64,000 nt of DNA from Lingula anatina. Taxonomy: Eukaryota; Animalia; Brachiopoda. Made by a program: the position numbers and the translations under genes. The notes below the pieces were generated by a model that saw only the letters and a list, made by a program, of their open reading frames with translations, had not been told where the DNA came from and made no database searches. The stretch spans positions 26,046,401-26,110,400 of the forward strand of contig CM120641.1 in the NCBI GenBank assembly GCA_051362555.1, given 5' to 3'. Shown in pieces: positions 29,666 to 42,011 of the stretch (its first letter is position 1; every line of letters starts with the position of its first letter).

Positions 29666-32600
29666 ATTGTTGTTCTTAAAACTCACAGGCGTCTATTGAT
29701 TGTTTCACATCGGACACACGCCGGCGTGTCTACATGTAAAAGGAAATAAACATTTAAGTCACTTATGTTTGCGAACATTATTGTAAACCTTACTGCTTGA
29801 AGAAACGTTAACCCTGTTCTATCTACTCGGTGGTGCTTGCAGCTATAACGTCAAATGACAATACAAAACCACGGTTTACATGGACAATTATCAATATTTT
29901 TCGAATCTGTGGAATACCTTGCATAATCCCTGGCAATAGCAACTCCATACATACCTGTGTTGAAAACATTCGTCTCTATCATACTCACGGTTATTTCCCA
30001 CCTTTCTGTCTATATGCTTTCTTCTCTGGATTTGGTTGCATGATTTAAAGCACGCCTTAATAACGTAAAATAAAGCAGCCACGTAGAATATGCGTATTGC
30101 ACTGGGTTACTTAGCTGTGAAGTCGTATTTTGTTTTGTTACCTGTGTCGTGCGATAAAGACACAGGGGAATTACATCACATATCAATGACAGGTACCAAC
30201 TACTATTACAATAAATGACACTTGCGTTACCTTGGTAAAGGCAAATAACAATGCTTTCCGCTTCTGCACATTATTCAACTTCTCGCCAAACTCTACAAAA
30301 AATAATTGAACACTATGCGTACCAAATCACATGGTAGAAAACAATACTTTTTTGTGCATTAGTACCGAATCGTAGATATCCATATGTGCTGCTTTATCAT
30401 TGACTCGCCCCATAGACCTTGCTATGCCGTTGGCGCTCAGATTTCAAATGCTCACCGACTGCTTTATTGAAATTGAAGAACGGAATTAAGCAACGCTGTA
30501 TTTATAAAGCATCACAATTGATTTTATATGCCTCATGTATATCCATAGTTCTTGTCGGCTTTGCTAATGGAACAACTGCTGTATTTGGGAGATATTGTCG
30601 TAAACGTGACGACTTTGGTTTACATGTTAGTGCTACAGCATACGTTGGGGGTATTTACGACGTAAAATGCTCTTGTTTTGCTTTCAAGTATTATATAATC
30701 CCTATTTCAATTTCCATAAAACGTTTTATATCTGAATTTTTATAAACAATAAAACCATTGTTACGCTTACATTGGGCGTTCGGAACCGTTCTTGTTAGAT
30801 GATTTAAGACGTACAATGTCATATTTAAGATGGAATTTCAAACTAACATATACTTATATAACTTATATTTGGCTGGTTTTCAGTATTCATCGACGAAATT
30901 CCAACTTAAGGGTGTTTGAAAGGGTTAAATAAAGTTTTTTAATCTTGAAAAAGAAACGCATGCAGCAAGTAACCACGAAGCACCATAGATGCCGCTGAAC
31001 AATTCTATTATTTAGACAGTGGATAATCAACGATGACAATATCTTTCCTAACAAGATTAATTAATCTTGCGCGGATCATTTAAATGCGTAATTGGAGACT
31101 TCTTAATAGACGCCAAGGGAAGCTAATATGCAACAGAGATTACAATGGAAATCCAACAGAAAGTAATGCGTTACGTCAAAAAAAAAAAAAAAACTTACCA
31201 AGGAATATGAGATTCGTCGGTCGTGCAACTTTTCCTGGTTACTTCATATTTCTTCAATAACCCCCAGAGATTAATATTACAAACAAGATTTATAATAAGA
31301 CAGCTAGGACCTCGTGTAGATCCATCAAGTCATCCTGGTGGAAATGGCGTTTTTGACTTAATTTTGTGTGATAGTAGTCAAAAGACGAGTTGTCATGTAG
31401 CCAACGTTTTATGACAATGCCAGCAGTTAACATGGGTTTTCCAGACTTCAGTCCTTCGTCACAGACTGTGTTCGTCACACATAATGAAAATATACAGCAA
31501 TAGATGATTATATTGCGGGCTAATTTTGATGCATATTTACCCTGAGGTATTCTGTTCGATCAGTGCAATTTAATTTCAAATAAAGAGAAAGCGCACTTAC
31601 AGATCCAGCAACAGAAAGTGCGCCTAATTTAATGTGAACGATTCAATGAGCCAACCCAATGGTTAAACTTCACCGGTTATCATTTTCCCAAGATGATCTT
31701 CGTTAAGTAATTCTATCCCCAGAAGATTATAAGACTGTTCGGCTTCGGCTCGCATTCTTTCTGAATGTCTTGCCTAGCTTTTATCTTTCAGTATAAGATT
31801 TAATTTATATACTTAAGAAGAGCGGGTAATAGCAACAGTGCCCATTATGGTTATGGCAAGGAAAAGAAAAAATTCAATAAGTTGAGGTAAACGACACCAA
31901 CGCACGCGTGATCGTTTCAGTGATACGGGTTCTCCATTTAATAAAAGGATTGCACTTGGTTAATCACCCAGCGAAAACCCTTGTGTGTTATATAGTGTCA
32001 GTGCAAATTGAAGGACTGTGTACATTTTCACAGCAGTTCATTTTTTTAATATTTAAAATATATCATCTGAAAGTGCAAAATAGCAAGACCAAAAACTATG
32101 CAGAGTAAAAGCTGCTTGCTAAAAATATTCCCTGAATATCTTAAGATAAAACATACATATGCTACTACAGGTTAACGCTGTCAGTGTCTCATTATTTTTT
32201 CAACTTTGCAAAACCTTAAAATATTGGATATTAGATGTGTAGAATTGATGAATATGGTTAGAAAGGTTAGAAAAAACGTGTGCATCTGTCTGCGTATTGT
32301 TGTCTACATTATGACGACTGCAATGTATTTACATTGTATGACTGGAGCAAACCCTATTGACATAACGAAATATCAAGGGTGGGCCGGGGATATTCTTCCT
32401 TCTATCAACCCTTGCTGTGAGTTTTACAAAACTCAGAGCAAAAGACAAATGTCTTTGCTTGTTGCTTCAGGGTGCGTCTTTCATGACTTCACTGGGTGGA
32501 AATTGAATATTAATTAATTAATGTTCTTAACACAGATAACTAGTTTTGTTGTATACAGGGACATCAGAGACTCACGAATAAAAAAATGAAACAATCGAAA

Positions 32601-35376
32601 AAAAAGTCGTTCTTTTCGTATATCGGTTGGCTCATAATTTCAAAGTTCAATTACTTCAACAGTTCTAAAGCTTTGAATTGAAATTTTGCATTGATCTCTG
32701 ATGCATTATTATGTGTCAACACTGAAAACTTCAAGTGTCAAAGTGAACATTTTGATATAATCATCAAATCAAAAACACATGACGGGTGCCATTCGCCAAA
32801 AGTAAATAAGATAGAGGCACGAAAATTTCAGCATTATAAAAAACATTTTTTTCCCGAAAATATCCTTAATGTCATTGATCTTTAAATTTTTGAAGTTATT
32901 AAACTTTAAGATTCGTAATGTTTTTTTTTTCGAGCCACTTGATATACATGTACATTTTCGTTATCTTTGTATTACTATGGGACATGAAAGACTTGTCGTG
33001 TCCATCGTTTTCCATCTATTTGGATCACACCTGTTGCATTTTCAAGGCAATTGGGGAGCAGTGGAGAACGGTCTCATCAGAAAATGGATGTTTAAAAAGA
33101 CTTCAGATCAGACAGAGATGTTAGTTTGACGTAAAGTGAGGCAGACAGCACTGAGTTATCACTCCACTCACTTCGGTGATGAGTTAAAAGCAATCAGCGT
33201 CGAGAAATTTCGTCTGGGGACGTACGCTTAAAGAAGGGAGGATTCCTTTTGAGGAGGGGAGAAAATCGTTAAAGACGAGTCGCATTGCATGAGCAGGTGT
33301 GGGGAATAAAAAGACGCATTTTACAGATTGTTTAAGTGAGTCCCTGGGAGATTTAGGTCCATTGATCAGACTTCAGATGGAGCCCAAACCGTGGGAAGAT
33401 AGAACATGATGTCTAGAAGCAGTCAAAATTAATCAAAATGAACGTAGACCCCTATAGCAAATTACTGCATTATCTAATTTTTTCGATGGGTATGCTGACA
33501 GCTCAGACACAGGAAAAAATTACCGAATAACGAGTCTATTAATAAAACAAAATAAACGTGCGTGGACTTATGGCGACTTATCCAAATTTTAGACATACCT
33601 CAAATGAGAAGAGAGCCAATCTGTGTCAAGAATAACTGAGAATACCATGTTTCGTGCTTAAAGGCCAAGGGCATGGTTTTTTCAGTCTCCTGCACTAATC
33701 TCCTCTAATTAAATTGAGTGTGAGTGGGCTTTTTTGAATACAGGCCTTAGATCTTTTAAATTTAAGGGTTTCGATTAACTGTCACAATGCCTTCGCTGTG
33801 CAACAAAGTGAAATGCTGGATTATTACTGCAAGTATCTTCCAATTCATTTAACTGCACCTTGGGGACAGCGTCATGCCAACAGAAATAGATCGGATTGTG
33901 TTGAGATATACAGAGAGCAGATATGGTCGTGTGGTAGCGGTGACAGACGGGTGCAGCAGAGATCATGGGTTGAAATCCGTTATCGACCAGTCTCTACTGT
34001 GTATTTATGAACACACTGTCCTGGTACATCGGGATGTCTTTATTTACACACAGGGGTATAAACGAGTGTCAACTAATTCACAATCATCGATGATATCTTT
34101 CACAATTGAATCTTTCATCGTATTGTAAATAGTGCACATTCATAGCACATCACCAAATGAAATGCGTTGCGCATTGAGTAGAGTTCGAGACCCATAAAAG
34201 AAGAAAGGAAAAAAAACATTGACATTCTCTCCATCAATAAATAGCGAATTTTGTGATAAATATTCAACATATTGATCAAGTTTTAGATGATTAATCTCAC
34301 CTTCTCTAGAAATTTAGCTTTTTCCCAACAGCTTGAAAAATTAAACTGATACATGTACTTTACCAGCCAATGTTTCTCAAGCTATCGAAAAAGCGTCTAT
34401 ATTTCTATTGAAACTATATAGCTAATGAAAATTTTGAACTTACCCCCATTTTCGAAAAAAAATTAATAAATAAAATAAAAAAATTAAAAAAAAACGAACA
34501 TACAGGCCGGGGTACACGTTCTTGTACGTCGTAGGCTTTTAATGGCAAGTGGTGGCTATGATTTGGTTGGTTTATGTTCGGGCACTGAAAAAAAAAACAG
34601 AAAACGTGTATGAATACAGTGCTTTGAATGAATAAATATGGGAGAAGTAAGTGTTGGGCATCAATGAAAAATAGTGAAAGTACTAAAATCTACTTATGAC
34701 ATATTTTGACTTTATTTGACTTTTTCAAAAAAAAAAAAAAAAAAAAAAAGCCAGGGCCATCACGCCATCTCTGATATCACAAAGTACCTGAAAACCCAGG
34801 ATAACTCACAAGGCTATACATGTGTTCAGAGTGCATTATATAATATTAATACATGACTAGTAGATCCATACTGCGCGTAAATCAGCCGGAAGTAGGAAGA
34901 AAAGCTTAAAATGAATCAGCACGTGAATGTATTTTACTCATTTTCTGGTCTTCCCGTGCAAGTCATGGTCCGTGTATTGAAATATCTGATTACTTCTTAT
35001 CTTCAAAATATCAACCCAGTTTCAGATACCAGTTATTAAAAGCTGATGCCGTAAGCATGCCCGATCGATGTCTTAATTCATATTCAATTATACATATACA
35101 TTTCATTCATGTGCATATGAGATGTTTAAAGTTATTTAAAGAAAATGCTTAATGTGTCCACTTAGCAATTATCAATTGTAAGGAAGAATCTGTGAGCAGA
35201 GATCGATCATGCAGTTCTGATGGGAATGCGTGACGAAACACTTCCGATACACATACATGTACTTTGCTTGTATTCAGTATGTGCTTTGGATACTAAGAAC
35301 TGATTATTGAAACTGCGGATACTTTTCAAACTGTCTTTGCACGTTTTTCAATTTTTCTTACCCCCCCCCCCGTCCC

Positions 35377-35401
35377 GCACACACACCCGCACACACACCC
35401 G

Positions 35402-35432
<31 letters not shown>

Positions 35433-35476
35433 GCACGCACGCACGCATACACACATACACACACACACACACACGC
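35377..35476. repeat. Compound (CA)n/(CG)n/(CACG)n microsatellite
   Basis: A mostly alternating purine-pyrimidine tract of about 100 bp following a C run. Confidence 0.9.
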
Positions 35477-36339
35477 AATAGTGGATAGTTACAGGGTGTG
35501 ATTTTTTAACATGTGTAATAATGAAATCAAATAGTTTCCTTTGTCTTTGAAACGACATGCACGAGTACATAGCAACGTGTATGCTCTTATTCACTATTTG
35601 TTTTAACGCGGTCAATATATAGCTGATGCTAGAAACCTTCCAGACTGCAAAACAGTACCGAGAATAGATTCATGATAGTTTTTCTAATTACGGGATAAAC
35701 CAAAGTACAGTGTGGTACTAACCACAGAGTGCTTGATGGCACTATGATAAGACATCATCTAGATGTTGGGGGACGTTTCATAAACAATTAAGTAAAATCA
35801 TCATTCCGTTTTCACAAAGACTGATATGGATCTTATACGACTAAGAAGTATTATAAAGACCGCCTGATTCGTTGCTTTTTCTTTACCATTTAGACATTTT
35901 AAGCTTAACTAAATAAAAAAACTGTGGACATTTTGTGAAAGACCCTTGACCGTTATAGCCCAGATACAGGACTCACGTGCAAGGTGTCATTGCCTGGCTG
36001 CAGTGCCGCTTGAAATATTACGATAGATGTTTGTCACGGCTGGTTTAACACAGAGGGTAGCGAAATATTGTTTACCTTAGAACGGCGTACAAACGGGGAA
36101 AATAAACGTCCTTGTTGTTTTACTGTTGTTGCGATTTTTTAATTTTATTACTAAATGGATAAATAAACCAAGAATCAAGATATGTTCCTCAGCACCAAGA
36201 CAAAAAAAAACATGTTTGCGAAACATCAATTAACCACGGAAAGTCAAGATAAATGTTTAATTGATAAACACTGATCCACGACCAAAATATTTTGGAGCAC
36301 CCTGTAAAGATAGTTCAATGATAGGCCCATCTCACCATA

Positions 36340-36510
36340 CTGACCACGGTGTTAACGACCCGGCCGCTCCGTCTGTGGCGTCATCAAGGTTGACATCAGG
36401 CACATGACTCCTTCATGGTCCAGTCGACTACGAGATAACATCTTAAGTCGTGACAAAGTTTCCGGAAGTGACTCGATCTCACCATGCTCCTTTCCCTATA
36501 TATATAGATT
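36340..36510 (+). promoter_or_regulatory. Proximal promoter of secreted Kazal-like gene A
   Basis: TATATATA at about 36497, roughly 85 nt before the ATG. Blocks shared with the copy B promoter include aacgacccgg and gcacatgactccttcatggtcca. CRE-like tggcgtca and ETS-like ccggaagt motifs are present. Confidence 0.55.
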
Positions 36511-36582
36511 GACCAAACACTGCTTTTTACGTTAACCAAAGAGAAAACCAGTTTTGAAGCTGATCTACATCTAAGAGCAAAA

Positions 36583-37765
36583 ATGAAGTTTCTGTTGGCC
36601 TCTGTTCTCGTTTTAAGCGGTAAGTTCAGTTTTCAGACTATATCATTTTTGTAGTTGATTTATTATTTCTTTGAAAAACTTTATTGTTTTCTTATTCATT
36701 TATTCACTCTGATTCGGGAGTTTAAATGAAGCAAATCGGATTCACTTAGTAGTAGACATATTCATTCGATATCTTGCCAATCGTATATTAAATTTAATGA
36801 TTTGACTAGTTTTACGAAAATAAACTATATTTTTTACCTGACAAACTGCAAGTGTGAGCATGGACAGATTGGATGAACGGGTCCATTTCCTTTCTAAAAT
36901 GAGCATAATCAGACATGGTAGTTTAGAATGGTTTGTTTTTTATCTTAGTAATCCTTCTTGTCACTGCACGACGAGGTCCACCTGAGAGATTCGGCAGAAG
37001 AGGAGGAAAGGTGTCCCGTGGTTTTGGCCAGGAACGAGGATTTGGAGGAGTCCGTGGACGAGGTCGATTTGCTCGCCCAGGAAAGGAGTCGCGTGGTTCC
37101 AAATCCCCAGGCTCTGGCCAGGAGCGAGGATTTGGCAGAAGCAAACCTAGTGGTCGTCCCTTTCCAAAATTGTTTCCAAAATTGGCTGAACTATGTGTGA
37201 TGATCCAGAATGCCAACTGTTCCGATTCTGCACTTCCTGCTAGAGAAATATGTGACGTCAACGGTGACGTGTACTCCAACATGTAAGTATACAATACACA
37301 TCGCAATGATAACTTGCATGTGAAATACAACATTTATATTATACCGTTTTTCGATAAATAAGTAATTATTTAACATAATAAGTCATCTATCGAGGTACAT
37401 ACATAAAGGGTTAAAAAATCCACTGAAAATAACCTTTTTATACAAAAACCAAGGTATATTTCATTGCGAAGCAGGTACCTGAAGTGCTACATTGTACGAA
37501 TACACGGATTTTATACATGGGACTTACATACCGTACTTGTCACTGCACATTATGGTGCTATGGAACACATATGATATATTATTTTATAAAATTTCATTGT
37601 AGCTGTGAGTTCCTTCAAGCCAAATGTAAAACCCCCAACCTGAAGGTAGTTAGGTGTCCTGATCCAGCCGAGGACCCAGACGACGGATCCGGAGAAACCC
37701 CAGAAGTCGCTCCAACCGAAAGCCCTGACGAGACCAAGGCTCCTGAAATTGCCAAAGAACCATAA
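36583..37765 (+). CDS. Small secreted Arg/Gly-rich, Kazal-like-domain, acidic-tail protein, copy A (177 aa)
   Basis: Exons 36583-36619, 36949-37282 and 37603-37765 (GT-AG, phases 1 and 2). Protein: MKFLLASVLVLSVILLVTA-RRGPPERFGRRGG...GQERGFG...GQERGFG...LCVMIQNANCSDSALPAREICDVNGDVYSNICEFLQAKCKTPNLKVVRC-PDPAEDPDDGSGETPEVAPTESPDETKAPEIAKEP*. A TATA box lies upstream and copy B has the same structure. Confidence 0.88.
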
Positions 37766-39705
37766 AAACACGTTGTCTGTTTGAACCATCCATTCATTCC
37801 ATTGCGTACTTTGCACCTAAGTAACGGTTGACAGGACGATCTCACTCACTATAGTATAAAGTACATAAATGTAGCAGGACATGAAGATGCTGTACATAAA
37901 GTGCACGTTCACGCGTTACGTCATACTTGTACCATTGTATCAAAATGATAGATGGCGTCTTAGCCAATGTCTACTTCACATACCCTGTATATTGTTCCTT
38001 CACGTACACACCAGCGCCACCTTCAGATTCATTATTACATGTTCCAGTATGTGTGTTTCAATTTCAGTTGTTCAGCGCTACGTTATTACCTCTATTTCCA
38101 AGTCTTTCATGTATGTGCTGTATAAGGTAGTCAAAGTGCAGGACACTCGGCTATCTTATTTTTGTTTTCTGTACTATTTAGAAATAAATATAAATATGAA
38201 GAAACTTATTCCATTTTTGTTATGTTATTTGGATAAGGATGTTAAAGACGATTACTTTATTGAATTTGCCTCGTACAGACTACTTCTCAAAAGAGCGTGG
38301 GAATAAAAAAACGTTCCGCACTTAAGGTATTAATTAAACAAAGGGATACCCTTTATAATACTATTATATTAAATGTTACTTTAAATGGATTTGTGGTATT
38401 ACTTCTACCAAACACCCTTAAGGTTTTAAGTTTATATGTTGCCATTGTTAAAAAACTACATAAACTGAACATCATTCAAATGCTATTTAATTCCATATTA
38501 ATTTATCGAACGAAACCTAATTCACTTCAAACCCATGATGAGGAGGGTGCTAGCTATGATGACTGCCTGTGTGAAACGCGCGCATGTCTGGGGGGGGGGG
38601 GGGGGAGGCGATCTTTAGCCCTTTCCTATTCTTAAAACACATTTATGAAAAGAAACCCCCTTTCAGTCATGCTATTGATAAAAGACTCTGTTGCACAAAA
38701 AAAATAATAAAATAAAATAAAATAAAAAATAAAACATCCTATTTGGTAAAGAATGTATTTAAAAGAGAACATATTAAAATGCCAAATGAAGTGCTTGGAT
38801 GGTGAGGGAGCATTGGACCTGGCCTGATAATTGGTCTAAACATTCAATTTGACCCAACATAAATAAGTAGCAGTCCAATTGAAATAAAACAGTAATCCTG
38901 TTTTTATATCAAGAAAGACATGGTTAATGTTTCAGACCAATACTTCATTTAAATGAGTTGCTGAAGTTTTACCTTGAACAAATTTTGATCTAAAAGTTTT
39001 GGCTAATTTAGCTGGGTACCTACAGTAAGTCGAGACAGTGCATCGTAAGGTACACATCCATTCATGTCGGCCTCTAGCGGTATTGGTATCGAACCGTCGG
39101 AATATCGCTTCTTTACCAACATTGGCCATATTTACCACTGCTTTTTCTGAGTCTCAACAAATGCCACTATGAGAAGTAAATGTGTTAATAATTTAAGTCG
39201 AACAATTATCTCATTCAATCGAAAGAGTATCGATAAACGGCCTTACTATTAGGAATTAATGGTTTCCGAAAATTAAGGCTTAGTAGACTGAGGTTTCTCT
39301 TTGAGAAAAAAGTTAAGTGGACAGTTCTGAATTTACTCTTAAGCTTCACATACAGTAGATTAAGAGTGAGGCCATGGGATTGAAATGGAGTGAGGTTGAC
39401 AGCTATCTCTTTATCCACAACAGATATGGGAGTTAGATGAAGTCAAAATCGTTCAAAGTATCCGCATTGGGACGATGATCGAGTACATGAGACATTCTAA
39501 GTGATTTACACATCTACACAAATATTCTGTGGTAAATTTCGAATCCCATGAAAAATATAAACCATATACACTAGGTATAACACTTAAACTTTGTACATAC
39601 ACGACACACACACACACACACACAGAGAGACAGACAGTCAAGCATTTAATTACGCCTTCATGTACGTGCTTTACTTACCTAGGTATTTTATACACATATA
39701 CATGT

Positions 39706-39803
39706 ACGCTTTATTCGGTTTTAGGGGCGAAATGCAAGCACTTTTTCTCGGCACATGTATGTCAAACAATACACTGCCATACTTTTGCGATATATTTGCC
39801 TTG
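39706..39803 (+). repeat. Dispersed repeat fragment shared with about 11519-11622
   Basis: Same sequence as the 11.5 kb copy. It lies near the junction of the tandem duplication. Confidence 0.55.
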
Positions 39804-41749
39804 ATGATTTAGTTTTCAATTCCTTTTGTATTTATAACTACAAGTGGTTTAATCACATATACACTTTGTGAGGTCTACCTTTCACCAAACAAGGCTATCG
39901 TACATGTAGTGGGCTAACCTTATATGGAAACCAATGATAATTACTCACACAGTTGAACGTGTAATCAGTCTCCATTATATTAAAAGTGTTCCATCATATA
40001 ATAAATTATTTAATGCATAATTAATAACCCAGTTGGAAGTAGGAAATAAAGTTGATATTGATTCAACACGCAAGCACATTTTATGGATTTTTTTTCGATG
40101 AGTAGTTAGTAAATTGAGTATTTCTCATCTTGAAAAAAAAATAAATAAATAAGTCCCAAAAAGTTTTTGGTGTTGGTTATGGAAGCAGCAGTGCCATTTC
40201 CTACATTCATTTTATGTACACGCATTCCATACACAAGAACAGCACAAAAATAGTTTGAAAGAATATAATTTATCAGCGGTCTATTTTCCTTATCAATACT
40301 TGTATAATACTTGTCCGTATAGATCATAACCTTCTGAGAGCGACGCATGACGAAGCGCTTGGTTTTGTGTTGGAAGTACTTATTTGGACATTTTGAAACT
40401 GTGGATGGTAATTAAAAAATAAATAATAATATCGATGATGATGAATTATTGATAAGATTGGAACCCAATTGGTTGAAGTTGAATTTCAAATTTTAAGATT
40501 ATCACAAAATCAATAAATTGTTTCATGCTTAAATAAAACCAAGTTAAAAGACCGACACTGCAGCTTTAAAACTTTTTCCCAAAGAATGAACTCTTACATT
40601 TTATTACTGACATTTTAAAAGTGAGTTTGGAATAAAAGAGCATGGAAATATTTCAATTTTAAATTTTGGCACATTATACCTACCGCAGATATTGCTTGAT
40701 CGCAAAAGACGATTGGATTGATCAATTAATTAGATAAAATTCAGGTTCTCAAGGCGCTTTGTGCGCATGTTTTACTTTTTGTCGTTCCCCCTGCCCTGCT
40801 GTCCAAGAACAGTTGACAGCTCAGTTGAAAGCCGAGTTGAAAGCCCATGAAACGTACATGTACTATCTGTATGGACAACTCAACTGAATGGCAGCTTATA
40901 TTAACGTTTATGGTTCCATTTAATTCAATTAAATTCAACCTATATTTAGTTGTGACCCGAAACTTTCTAGTCTGGGAGTGTCCGACATGCAGAATAGTAA
41001 TTATAATTACGGGGTAAACCAGAGAAATACTTATCACAGCGTGCTTTGATGACATCATGATAAGATGTCATTGACATCTGGGACCGTGTCAAAAACGTTT
41101 AAGACAAAAATCGGGCTTGGCAAAAGCAAGTATTGATCTTGGTTGTCTGAGTTGCGTTAAACCTACTTGAAAAAGGCACTTACTTCGTTATTTTGTCTTT
41201 GGTCTTCAAACCATAAGTCCTTAGGGGATTATTGTCTTTACCACTTTTGTTTTTATTGAACGCCAATTATAGCCCATAATAGCATCGGTAGCAATTACTG
41301 AGGGGCATTCGTTCGTAAAATCAGCTGTCCGATTTTGGAAGTCACAGTTAGACTAAAAAACTATAGACATTATGTAAAAGCCCCCTGACCGCCATAGCCC
41401 AGTTACAGGACTAACGTGCATGATGTCATTGGTTGTATGCAGTGCCGCTTGAGATATTACGATAGATCTTTGCCAAGGATGGTTTAACACGGTGGGTAGC
41501 GAAATATTGTTAACCTGAGAACTCAGGTGTCTCAACGGTGGATATTTAATAAATTATTCAAATAATACTGTCAGGTACTAGATGTCGATTTTCTATTATT
41601 GTAAAATGAATTAATAAACCGAAACATTCAAAGATACATGCATATGTACATGATAGTAGAACTACAGTTAACTTAGGAACATCAAAAACAATGCTTTATC
41701 AATGCGGCACTGACCCACGGAAAAATATTTTTGGGATGCTCTGCAAAGA

Positions 41750-41930
41750 TCTGACCATACTTACCACCGAGTAAACGACCCGGTCTCTCCGTCTATGACG
41801 TCACTGCGACTCGTTTTATGCACATGACTCCTTCATGGTCCAATCCACTACGAGATAGCATCTTACCTTCGTGACTGAATATCCGGGAATGACTCGGTCT
41901 CTTCATATTCCTTGCCCTATATATACGTTG
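41750..41930 (+). promoter_or_regulatory. Proximal promoter of secreted Kazal-like gene B
   Basis: TATATATA at about 41918 and a perfect CRE palindrome TGACGTCA at about 41796. Shares conserved blocks with the copy A promoter. Confidence 0.55.
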
Positions 41931-42011
41931 ACCGAACACTGATTTTTACGTTAATCAAAAAGAAAGCCGGCGTTGAGGTCCATCTATTTCTACGAGCACC
42001 AAACAGCAAAC

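Noticed and set aside
35307-35615. HTHTH/CVCVC ORFs
   Set aside because: Artefacts of the CA microsatellite.
36923-37333. - strand Pro/Arg-rich ORFs (also 42169-42585) conserved between copies
   Set aside because: Antisense to Kazal gene exon 2. The + frame has the signal peptide, splice sites and TATA box.
37881-38635. 141 and 112 aa ORFs downstream of Kazal gene A
   Set aside because: AT-rich, no motifs, and no matching ORF in the duplicated copy; probably 3' UTR or intergenic DNA.
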